A DNA stretch of 32,370 nt, taken from the NCBI GenBank assembly GCA_003990765.1, contig RBNJ01000353.1:1-32370 (forward strand), read 5' to 3'. Below, piece after piece: positions 20,650 to 31,190 of this stretch (positions are counted from its first letter, which is position 1; every line of letters begins with the position of its first letter). The position numbers and the translations under genes are program-made. The notes under the pieces were generated by a model. The model was not told where the DNA came from. It saw only the letters and a program-made list of their open reading frames with translations, and made no database searches. This DNA is from Jimgerdemannia flammicorona (Eukaryota).

Positions 20650-22729
20650 TTACCAAAACTGCTCCACCCACTGGTCCCAGGCCTTGATGAGCCTGTTATC
20701 TATTGTGAGTGTGATGACTGTTGTGTCCAAGCTCACCTCAAAGGCAATAGTACTATGGTGGTCATGTGGTTGGAATAGAATAGCCATGTTGGCCACAAAT
20801 GGGACCCCAAAACCATAGGTGAGATTATACCAGACTCTACTACTATCCTCCCAGGTTGGACCCTTCCTTTCCAGAACATAGAACATTACCAAGGTAATAT
20901 TGTTATCTGTGTGTGTGGGCAGAGAAATATTGTGCCTGATATATCCTGATATGATCCAAACATATGATTGGATAAATCCTTGGCCCAGGACCTCGTACTG
21001 TCAGACTGTACTGATGGATACCTGCTCTTGGTCCAGCCCTGGGTGCCCTAGCTTGGAAATCTACCAGATGGACAGTATCTGGTCAGTCCTTTTTACATAT
21101 GGGGGAGCAGAAACCCCCTGGGCCACAGAAATCCCCCAGGTTGCAGCATCTAAAAAAAGTGGAGCTCCTCACCTCATATGGCATGCTAAATTGTACCAAG
21201 AATATATATATAGCTATGGAAAGATCACCACCAAGCTGGCCTACTGTATGCTCTACCAATCTGCTCAAAGAACCTCAGATCATAACCACCATTACTGTAT
21301 AGACTGTGTTGTGCTTATATGTAGTTTGCTCTTTGATGATACTTCTAAAGTTCTGGTAGGGGTACAGAATCTTGTGCATCTCTAGAATTGTATCAAAAAG
21401 AGTATATTAATGAAAAGTGTGATTATCTGGAGAGGAGTAAAAAAAAGAGATATGAGTGTGGAGGATTTTAGAACTCTAGAATCCACCTTTTGCCAATGTT
21501 GCAGTATACCCAATTCCCATCCCTTGCTTTTTTCACTCCCTTTTTCCTGCCACTCAGTATTTGACATAATCTTCACAAACCTCATTGATGTAGTGGCAAA
21601 GCTCATTGCTATAGAGATTCCTTACCACCATTGCAACCACCTCTTCAAATTCATTAATAATGATATGGTTCTCTTCATCATTGGTTACTCCTGCTGGCCA
21701 ATGGATCCCTTGGTCAAGAATGATTTGCTCTGATTCAAATATAGACCCCCAAACCTTAATGATGATGCTAGTACTACTCATGCTGAATATCTTACCCTCA
21801 AATTTCTCTATTTGATCAGATACTAGACATGGTTGAACTTGGGTAACTTTGAACTCTCCTTTCCAATAGAACTGAGCCCTAATCTGAGGAATCAAGATAA
21901 GTATGCAGACAGGTTGCATGTGGATAAGTTGCATATGGATGAGTTGCATATAGATAGGTTGCATATAGATGAGTTATGTGTGGGTGGGTTGTATGCAGGC
22001 AGGTTGTATGTGGATGGGGTGTATATGGGTGTGGGTGTTTTTTAGAGGGAGACTATGTAAAAAATGAAGTTAAATAAAACATGAAGATGGGTATTTCAGA
22101 AAAAGAGTATAAGTGAGTGAGTGAGTGAGTGAGTAAGTGAGTTGTATGCCAATGAGTTGCATGCTAATGAGTTGCATGAATTGCATGAGTTGCACAAGAT
22201 TGCTCATGAAGGCTTGCTTCTGTTCCTTTTGAGACCTCTGCCATATGATATATTGACTCAACAGCTCAGCCACCAAAGGTATGCTCCATAACATCTGCCA
22301 GTCTTTCTTCATCTTGACTAGATGTTACAAATAAAGTTGGCAGATCTTGCCATAGAGCTGTAGACCCTAAGAAAAGCATGAGGTGAATTGGGTCATGCTG
22401 GGGAAATTTAAATAAACACAAGTAAACAAGTAGCAGCAGAGTGAGCAATCTATATCTACTATCAGCTGCTCCAAAAAGGCTGCTGCATATATAGCTGTGA
22501 GATCTGTAAATTTTGAGGTCCAAAGGGCTACTGTGAGTTGTTGCCAGAATTCTCTCTTATCCCCACCATTGCCACTGCTACTGCTATTGCTATCACCACC
22601 ACTATCACCACTACTATTGCCTCTTTGGCTCTCAATGAGCAGCTTGTATGCTACTCATATGAGAAAGAATCTAACATTGTCAGCAGATAGTGTATTTCTA
22701 CCTTGAATACTCTCTCTTTTGATAATCAT
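20650..22729 (-). pseudogene. Five-exon cargo gene encoding a putative TET/JBP-like 2OG-Fe(II) dioxygenase (~504 aa, 7 in-frame stops)
   Basis: Exons 22729-22460, 22366-22196, 21883-21487, 21381-21173, 21117-20650 join via GT-AG introns with no frameshift. Last exon reads HNISLPTHTDNNITLVMFYV...WYNLTYGFGVPFVANMAILFQPHDHHSTIAFE: HxD at 20905-20913, distal His at 20755-20757. Confidence 0.7.
21905..22195. repeat. 15-bp and 9-15-bp (gagttgcat) tandem repeats plus (GTGA)n microsatellite inside intron 2 of the cargo gene
   Basis: aggttgcatgtggat / agttgcatatggat units 21905-22010; gagttgcat units 22140-22195; gtga run ~22112-22140. Confidence 0.8.
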
Positions 22730-22945
22730 TATAGGGTAAAAATGAGTAGACTAGACTAATGTATAATTAAGGGCTGCTGTTTTGTTTGCTTGTGATGCAG
22801 CAGGAAAGAAAAAAGAACAAAGAAAAAGAATAGAGAAAGAACAAAAGAAGAGAGGGAATAAAAGAAAGGATGATGTTACCAAAGTGCAGCAGGAAAAAAA
22901 AACAAGAGCAAAAATAAACAAAAGAAAGAGTGATATCATCAAAGA

Positions 22946-23060
22946 TTTCAATCCAGATGAATCAATCCAGATGGATCAATCCAGATGGATCAATCTGGAT
23001 CAATCTGGATCAATCTGGATCAATCTGGATCAGATCATGAGACCAATCTGAGTTGATTCA
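22946..23060. repeat. Right subterminal repeat array of the hAT (10-14-bp ggatcaatct/atccagat units)
   Basis: atccagatggatca x3, then ggatcaatct x4-5. Confidence 0.88.
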
Positions 23061-23789
23061 AATCATCACATGACAAATCTGAATCGAATCTCATTCAGAT
23101 CAACTCCATCCATTCAGAGTACTACCTATAGCACTATACTCAGCCTACCAGCCCCCCTCTCTCTAAAGTAGAAAAGATGTCACCCTGCTGATTATCTTGC
23201 TGAGTATTGCACTATCACTAGCCAATCATCTGGCCTAATTATCACTACTATCCTGCATCACACTATTTGTCAATTATTAATCATTAGTCACTATTATACC
23301 ATGTATTGAAATTACCTCATCTGCTTCAACCAATTACTTATTATACTTTCTGAAATCCTCCAAGCACTTTCTGAAATTGCTTGAGCCACCTCTATATCTT
23401 GAAGATATAGTGAAAGTCTCCCTAGTGTGAAAGAAAGCCTAAGCATCTGACCCATATTCCTCAGTCTACCAGAGTATACCAGTAAGTTAGATGCTTACTA
23501 CAAAGTCAGCTCCCCCACTGGAAGAATGACTCCTCATCTCCTTAAGTTATTAACAGTGGCTCCCAGAGCCTACATTACACCATCTGGTCAACAAAATGAT
23601 AGAAACCTTGAATTCTTAAAAACTGTAGCCTTGAGATTGGGGCAACTCAACACTAGACTTCTCTTCTCTCACTACTAATTCATATCTTCTTTATCATTAT
23701 AAACTCTCTAATATCTCCAAAGATCAACATAAACTCAACTCTCCTACCTGTCTACTCTACACTGATATCTCCTTTATTAAACAGGTACT

Positions 23790-25060
23790 TCATTTTCTCT
23801 AAGATGACCCCAATGAAGAAGAAAACTCCAACACTAATATTCTCAAGACTTATCTCACCAATCTGGCCAAAAACTCTCTCTTGCTATATACTTCTATATA
23901 TATATCACCCCAAATCACTGAGAAAGCCCCTACACAGCTTATAGCCTTACACTTGTCAGGCCTAGCAATCTTATAACTTTTCTAGACACTTCTGTCAAAG
24001 ATAATATCACTCTCCTGCAAGAACATATTATTACCCAAGATTATCATATTGATGAAATCCTCTCCCTACTATGCTCTTGGCCCAAGTAGCCTTGAGTATC
24101 TGCCCTCAATACCCCTACCTTAGTAGTCGATTAAGATTTTATTAATAGAGCTACTATATCTCTCTTAGCTGCCATAACAGCTGTACCTTAACTCTCACTA
24201 GCTATCTCTACTTCTACACCTATAGTTGGCCAAGGCCAAGGCCTATCTAATAACTCACAGAGTGAGTTTTCTTCTATACTAATCACTCTCCCAGCAGCTC
24301 TGTCCCACACTATTGTTTACAGCATGAATCTCTCTCTCAAATATATATATATTAATTAATATCTGCTCAGTATCATGGTTAATAACTTCTTCTCCACCAT
24401 CTCTACTAGTTACTTTCTAGAATACAACATCATACATATTGAGCAGTACTCCTTCTGAGATACAATTCTTTGAATCCCTAAATGATACTGATATAAGAGT
24501 CTTTTTATAGAAGTCATCATCTCTCATTAAAGAACTTTCTAATATTCTATCTCTTCTTATTACTCTCCTTATATATTTTAGCATTCTCTTTGACATCTAT
24601 TCAGGCCTTTCATTCTGCTTCCAATCTCTTCCTTCTGGTCTACCCTCCTTGACTATTATATCTCTTTTTATACCAAATATATTACAGAAATCACTAATTA
24701 TAGTATCTTACCAGAATAGTGCTACTGATAGTCTCAGCACAACTCTGACCTATTCATAGTCCTCAGTCTACACTAATGGCCACATATCTCCATGACTTCT
24801 ACTCATATCTCAAAGTCAAATATAAAATCCTGAGGCCATTTTGGCAATTCTCAGCAAGCAGCAATGACTCCACTTTGAGATCCAACACTGGCTCTTCCAC
24901 ATAGCTGATCTACTACTCCTACAATAGCATTATAATCAATGGTCTCTCTATGAAGAATCCTGGCTACTAACCTAAAGATTACACATATGCCTATATATAC
25001 TTCTGATATAGTAAAGAATATCCATAGATATAATATCCCCATAATCCTACCCATCACTCC
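23790..25060 (+). pseudogene. Ngaro ORF1 (gag-like) remnant with decayed C-terminal zinc finger
   Basis: ~24980-25040 reads YTYAYIYF*YSKEYP*I*YP, which reverts by transitions to CTYAHICFRCGKEHP.I.CP, preceded by IYYSYN (IC.SYN). Boundaries approximate. Confidence 0.5.
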
Positions 25061-25329
25061 TAGGAACTTATCTCTATTACAACTTCCACCCTACTTATAT
25101 CTATATCTCTTTCATCTATCCCAAATATCACTCTGTATTACCTACTTATCACATACCAATCTCTCTATTATATCAGTTCTCAACCCCATCAATTGTACTT
25201 TATCCTATAGTGTGACTTTATGAAATTCAGTCTTATCCCAACCAATCTCTTATCCAGACTACTATCTCTGCCATCATATAAGGAGTTTTCTTAGGCTTTA
25301 TTGGTCCTTATCAATAACTTATAGGTCTT

Positions 25330-26267
25330 AACTACTGTTCAGCTTTGGACTATCCAGATATCATTACAGCTGATATCACTTATAAGATCACTACTGGTAG
25401 AGTATACAGTCCCTTTTCTTCTCTCCTATTCCTCAACTTCTACTCATCACCTCTTAGTATCATTGCAAAGAAGAATTCTATATCAGCATGGTACCATATC
25501 TACAATCTATCTTAGCTCTGTCAAGGCTGCTCCATTAATGAGAGTATTGATTCTGAAGCCTTTTATCTATCTTATACTTATTTTGATAAAGCTCTTGACC
25601 TAATTCACTATACTGGTCAAGGTTATCTATTATCCAAGATTGACCTTGCTGATGTATATCAATATATACTTATCTATCCTACTGTCTGAGAGCTCTTGAG
25701 GTTTGAATGACAGAACTAATTCTACTTTAATCATTTTGCCCCCTTTGATGCATCATTATCTCTATTTCTTTTCAATCTATTTGCTGAACTTCTGATATGG
25801 GCTGCTGGCTGGTATGATATCTGCTTACTAATTCATTATATAGATGATTTTCTTATTATCTCCAAACCCATCATTACTCCACATCACCTCTGAGCATTTC
25901 TATCTCTATATTATAATCTCAGCTAGTCTACCCAAGTACACAAGATTGAGGGTCCCACTATATCGCTCATCTTTCTTAGTATTGAGATTGACTCTAATAT
26001 CATAGAAGCTCATCTTCCCTCAGGAAAACTTTTCACTATTATGGAGAACCTTTACCTATGATCTTCTTACTTATTTTGTACTTATCCACAATTGTAGTCC
26101 CTCATTAGCTCTCTCACTTTCACATATAAGATTATTCTACCTGACCATCCATTCCTCCAGTATTTCATTGATCTGCTATTATATAACTCTCAATTCTATA
26201 TCTATCTTATTGAGGAGTTTCACATAGATATTTGATGGTAGATTGCATTCCCTCCATTATTGAATAG

Positions 26268-26299
<32 letters not shown>

Positions 26300-27910
26300 T
26301 AACAGACTCAAAGTCTTACAGATTTTTATTAGAAGAGAACCTAGACTAAATAGGCCAAAACCCTCCCCCACTACCTATCAAGCACTGCCCCCCCCCTATT
26401 AACCTAGGCTAACTATTGTCCAGCAGCTCAATTATACCAGGCACAGCAGGATCTATATTGGTCTATACCTTATTCTGTATACCATGCTCTCTCTACTATC
26501 AGAGGGAACTCAGCCATATACTAATGACTGAAAGCATATGCCCAAAACTCCAATATATATACAAGACTATACTCAAGCTAATTAGAAAAGCCCCTGCCAC
26601 CCTAAAGAGAATAATAGATAAAGAAAAAACTCTCATCAAAGTACATCATAGTAGATAGGACCTAGTTCTTCCAGATGAGGTGAGTAGAGAACTTATATAT
26701 AAGATGGGAGGAGACCTCCAATACTCTACTACTCAAGCCTATAGGCCTCAATCACATTTCTGTATCAGCTCTCAGTTCCAGTTGAGTATAGTCAAGATGC
26801 CTGAAATGGGTAGCCTTGGGCCCCCTGACCCTCTCCAATGACTGAGGCCCAATCTACTGAATTACCAAAAGAAGTCAAGAGTGATACCTACCACCTAACC
26901 ACTCTATACCAATCAAAAGGCCCCACCAAAGCAGCACCTGCCCCAGCCCCAATGACTGCCCCCAGCCTGGTATCCTACTGGTTCACCATTATTGCTCTTC
27001 TATCTATCTGTAATGACTATCTCTCCTCCTATCCTGACAACACCCAAAAAACAGTCACCTACATCAGAACTATATGTGATAGAAAGCTCACCAAAGCCAG
27101 AGGGCCCTACTATAGACACCGAGGACCTACAGATAACCTATACTGGACACTTGATACCCAAGGTCAGCTGACTCTCTACATAACCTATAATATACTAAGA
27201 CAGTATCTTGTTGGTAATAGCAAAAGGAAGAAGATGCTACACCAAAATGAATATATCTCAGATACAGCTGGAGGCACCAGAATCTCTGAAAAAGTGAAGA
27301 AGATACTGATCAGATACTAATAAAAGGGCAACTCATCACTATTGCCCTCCTCCCACTATGTCCCTATAGGCACAGTAAACCAATCTGAGATAGAGGAGAT
27401 AATAATAGAGAAAAGGAGACTCAGAAGGTCACCTACCAAACCTTGTGACCAGTAAGACAGCAGAGAAAGGAGCTATTGCTGGAATGGTATATCTGTCATT
27501 TATTCTATTAAGTGGTTACATACTGCTGATATATATCTCTGGATAGATACTAGTAGTGGTCTCAGCTTTAGCATCTTTTTTAATAGCTACTGGTTCTCTA
27601 TATTATGGTCATCTGATCTCCTTCTACTTGATATTCAATTCAAAGAACTCTATATTATCATTGTCACTGCTGCTATATAGAGTAATTACTGGTAATTTTA
27701 GCATATATCTCTTCATATAGATAACTAAGCTATTATTATCATTATCAACTCTGGAACCTCATATAATCTCCTTCTTCTTGAGCTTACATATCTGCTAGTT
27801 ATACTTCTTAATGGCTCAATATATATTTCAACTCTATACAAAATTTATTCTGACTATTGAGAATAATATCACTGATGTTCTATCCTATACTAATCTTCCT
27901 TATTTCTATT
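25330..27910 (+). pseudogene. Ngaro RT-RNase H remnant (interrupted at 26273-27481)
   Basis: SPLSIIAKK, LSKIDLADVYQYI (~25630), APFDASLSLFLFNLFAE, IHYIDDFLI (YIDD 25837-25848), KIEGP, FLSIEID; after the insert WNGIS, WIDTSSG, IQFKEL, HIDN*A. Confidence 0.9.
26273..27481 (-). mobile_element. 1.2-kb insertion with (TA)n tail, probable 5'-truncated retroposed element
   Basis: Splits the Ngaro W-N-G motif; duplicated target gaatagtatat (26262-26272) / gaatggtatat (27482-27492); (TA)n 26268-26296; minus-strand AATAAA at ~26325-26330. Confidence 0.6.
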
Positions 27911-27949
27911 ATCTTACAGATGTACTCAATGGTAACTAATATAATCTCT

Positions 27950-28885
27950 ATGCTATACTGTCTTCTATTATCACTTTCTTTCTATAGTTTGGTCTATAAG
28001 AATAATATATTGATCATATATAGTCATTAGGCCAATAAAACTTTCTCTAATTCTGCACCCTCTATAATACTAACAATACTTCTGGCAGCCCCTTACCTAT
28101 ATCTAAATTGATACTGATATACTAGGTATACTCTCTTACACTATGATAACTCCAATCATCTACTATCAAATAATATCTCTCTACAATCTACTCTCTCCAT
28201 ATTGACTCTGGTTTCAGTGATCTATTTCAAGGCCTTCTCTAGCTTCTACAAGTTATATATGGTATTAAATATTAGCTTAGTATTTGGCCATCTCAACTCT
28301 ATCTTCTCATCATGTTTAATATTTTAAAGTATATCCTAGACTTGCTTTATTTTTCCAACTATAATGATCTTGTTCTGACTCCTACTATATCATTAGTCTA
28401 TATTGGTTTTCTGTGATCCAGCAAACTTATCTAGAGTAATCTATTTGATGCATTCTATCAAATATTATGGAGCAGTATTACCTTCTACCTCAGTATCACT
28501 GATCTCTTTCATATTGTCCTCACTCTTCCAGCCTTCAAGACAGACCCTTTTTATTAAAGTATGACTCTGTTTATTACAAAAATAGATTCCAATATACTAT
28601 ATATGGTCTCTCTTCTATATCTGATATTTCTTATATATCTAGCCCCACTTAGCTCTCTATTGTTTCTACTCATAGCTGGCTGGCTATTCTCATATCTCTA
28701 TCTTATCAACTATCTATGCTTTCTACTTTTCTAAGTCAGGTTGAACTTATATATATACTGGTCATAGCTTCCAGATTGGTGCCACATCCAATACTACCAT
28801 AGTTGGTCTATCTAACTATAAAATCTAGTTACTGGATCATTGGTCTAGTTCTGCTTATAAAGGATATATATATTCATATATCTAT
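27950..28885 (+). pseudogene. Ngaro tyrosine recombinase remnant
   Basis: GFL*SSKL (~28405), FKTDPF (~28535), GHSFQIGAT (28760), LDHWSSSAYKGYI (~28832-28870) = decayed R...K...HxxR...GRW...Y motifs. Confidence 0.92.
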
Positions 28886-29213
28886 CTCATGTATTCTATA
28901 TCTCTATACTTTCCTTACTTGCCTCTATACTACTTGTATTACTATCTATATATCTCATTCTGCTAATTTTTTATAGGTTTTGACCTTCTTTATATAGCCC
29001 ACATCACTAGTCCAACCTATCACATAGCTTATATCAACTGCCCAATATATAGCTTATAATACCAGCTCTCATTCTGTATGGTCTATGTCACTAGCTAGCT
29101 TTTTCTTCCCTTTCATTCCTATTTCCCTCACCTTCTTTCTCATTTCTTCTCTTAGTATTTAGACATATCCTCTCTACTTCATTTATTTTATATCTTATTA
29201 CAATCATATAACC

Positions 29214-29373
29214 TTTTTATTTAGGTCAGTTTTACTGTAATATTTTTCTCTTTATCTCATTTCACAAATACATACATTGACTATAATGATTTAGTTTTCT
29301 CAGTTCTTCATATGGAGTTTCAGAACTTAGAAATATATAGCATAAGCTTCAAATAATATAACCATATGTTGAA
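29214..29373 (+). repeat. Ngaro repeat B1
   Basis: 160-bp ungapped direct repeat of 29615-29774. Confidence 0.92.
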
Positions 29374-29614
29374 TAAGGAGATTTATTAGAATTTATAAAT
29401 CAATGAGGTAGGAATGTTTTGGACATTATATAGAGGGTACAGATATCTTATTAAGATGTAAAATAGAGTAAAATGGTAGATTGCATAATACTGTATCTAT
29501 GCTGTATTAGTTTTGCAATTATTTTCTTCTTCATACTCATATATCTGTCTATATATTCATATATACTATATTTGTTTTCACTATCTCTCTCCCCCTTGTC
29601 TTATCTCTTATATA
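29374..29614 (+). repeat. Ngaro repeat A2
   Basis: Direct repeat of ~15835-16052, sandwiched between B1 and B2. Confidence 0.85.
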
Positions 29615-29774
29615 TTCTTATTTGGGTCAGTTTTACTGCAATATTTTTCTCTTCACCTCATTTCTCAAATATATACATTGACGACAATGACTTAGTTTTC
29701 TCAGTTCTTCATATGAGATTTTGGAACTTAGGGACACACAGCATAGGCTCTGAACAGTATGACTATATGTTGAA
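29615..29774 (+). repeat. Ngaro repeat B2
   Basis: 160-bp direct repeat of 29214-29373. Confidence 0.92.
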
Positions 29775-31190
29775 CTTTGTCTAATATTAGATATATAATA
29801 GTTGAATTCTAGAGCAATCAGAGAGATTAGTCTGCTGAGATAGTTCTCATCATAGATATGACTAAGAAGTATACTGCAGATATCTCTTTCAAAATATTAT
29901 ACTATATCTCAGCTCTTCTAAATAATATGAGCATATGTTCTATATATTAAATTTTCTACTAAATATATAAAATAGAATCTCTATATATATCTGCTTACTT
30001 ATAGTGATCACCTCTTTATTAATACACAATCTCATTACAATCTGACTGCCAACTAACTTTGAAATTGGTTATCAGAATATATGATAATTATCAGTATTGA
30101 TTCTATTTACTATCTTTATACTAACTGTATAGATCTACTGAGATATTGAAGAAGAGGACACTAATTAACAAGGTTCTTGAGAGTGGAAATTAGTGCTCTA
30201 AGACTACTTTCAAACATTATTATCATCTGTCCCATAAGACACCAGTCCTCTCCAAATCCCCTTGTGCCAAATTCATCATTTATACAGTCCTCAAATACAA
30301 GGCCTCTATGCTGGTCCAGCATTCTACTTGCCTCCATTCTACAAACAACTAACTCTGAAATGGTCCAGAACAAAGCAACACTTAGTCCCAGATGGACTTC
30401 AGTGCTATAGGTACTGAAGTCTGTCCCAGACTTTGCAAGCATTGCGGAGGTCTGTGAAGAATTGGTTTTCTACCCCTTATCAATTCTCGAACGACCCTAC
30501 CCTTCTTTCCTTATGGTTTTTCTGATTTTTTTTTTTTCCCTTTCCGGGCATCTTCGTCGCCCTTCTCCTTCCAAGTTTTCCTTCTGCCCACGTGCCAAGC
30601 TTCCTGGGCTAAGGGACTCGAGGGGAGTCGAGGGGTTTCTTTTATTGGGACTACGGTCTTGTCTTAATGTCTCAATCACATATGTCAGTAGAACATGTAA
30701 TTTCGCACAAAACCATGTCTAAGACCCTATATGAGTCACGTCATACATATATAAATACTCCATTGCCACATAGGAAATTTAGCCAAATATAGAGGTTGGA
30801 CGTCCCCGTCATGGAAGTCATCTTTACACTCCGAATCACTTCTTAATCCTACCCCGCACAGTCAACAGATTTTAATTACCCGCCGGGACTGTGGGTCGTG
30901 AACACCACTATAGATAAAAGAGGCAATAATAAAGCCCCGCAATGATTGCGGAGATGGAATTCATACTTTGACTAGGTATACTATGCTGCTGCAAAATGTA
31001 ATCCGTGCAAATGGGCAAGGTGACATTGAGTAGCTTCGTTAGCTTGATAGGCCACAGATAATAATCTAAACTTTCGCCGAATTCCACATATGAGCAACAC
31101 ACACGACGTCCGCGGACTCCCGTCCGTCCACAAAGTCGTATAAATTGAAACAATTCAACCAGTCAAAGCGAAAATCCCCAAAAAGACCGA

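Larger units (their letters stand above)
16618..23124 (+). mobile_element. hAT DNA transposon (6507 bp) with transposase and a convergent cargo gene
   Basis: TIRs TAGTGCTCTGAAC (16618) / reverse complement TAGTACTCTGAAT (23124), imperfectly extending ~65 bp; 8-bp TSD tctatagc (16610-16617) / cctatagc (23125-23132). Confidence 0.95.
16072..23666 (-). mobile_element. Poly(A)-tailed retroposed insertion (~1.1 kb net; probable 5'-truncated non-LTR element), itself split by the hAT
   Basis: ~26-nt T run at 16072-16097 with minus-strand AATAAA just upstream; 19-bp target duplication tcttactattaattcatac (16053-16071) / tctcactactaattcatat (23667-23685). No coding motif recognised. Confidence 0.7.
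15835..29774 (+). mobile_element. Ngaro-type tyrosine-recombinase (DIRS order) retrotransposon, complete but decayed and interrupted by nested insertions
   Basis: Split direct repeats in A1...B1-A2-B2 order enclosing gag-like, RT, RNase H and YR remnants, all on the + strand. Left boundary approximate. Confidence 0.85.

Noticed and set aside
20900..21733. + strand ORFs of 161 and 107 aa
   Set aside because: Antisense shadows of the minus-strand dioxygenase-like exons.
22782..23051. Lys/Glu-rich 89-aa ORF
   Set aside because: Translation of an A-rich tract and the hAT subterminal repeats; on the other strand this is the pyrimidine-rich upstream region of the cargo gene.
26838..27320. 160-aa + strand ORF as a real gene
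   Set aside because: Lies within a tailed insertion whose polarity is minus; no recognisable motif; most likely an antisense artefact.
29473..29784. Hydrophobic 103-aa ORF resembling a membrane protein
   Set aside because: Falls entirely within Ngaro terminal repeats A2/B2; T-rich artefact.
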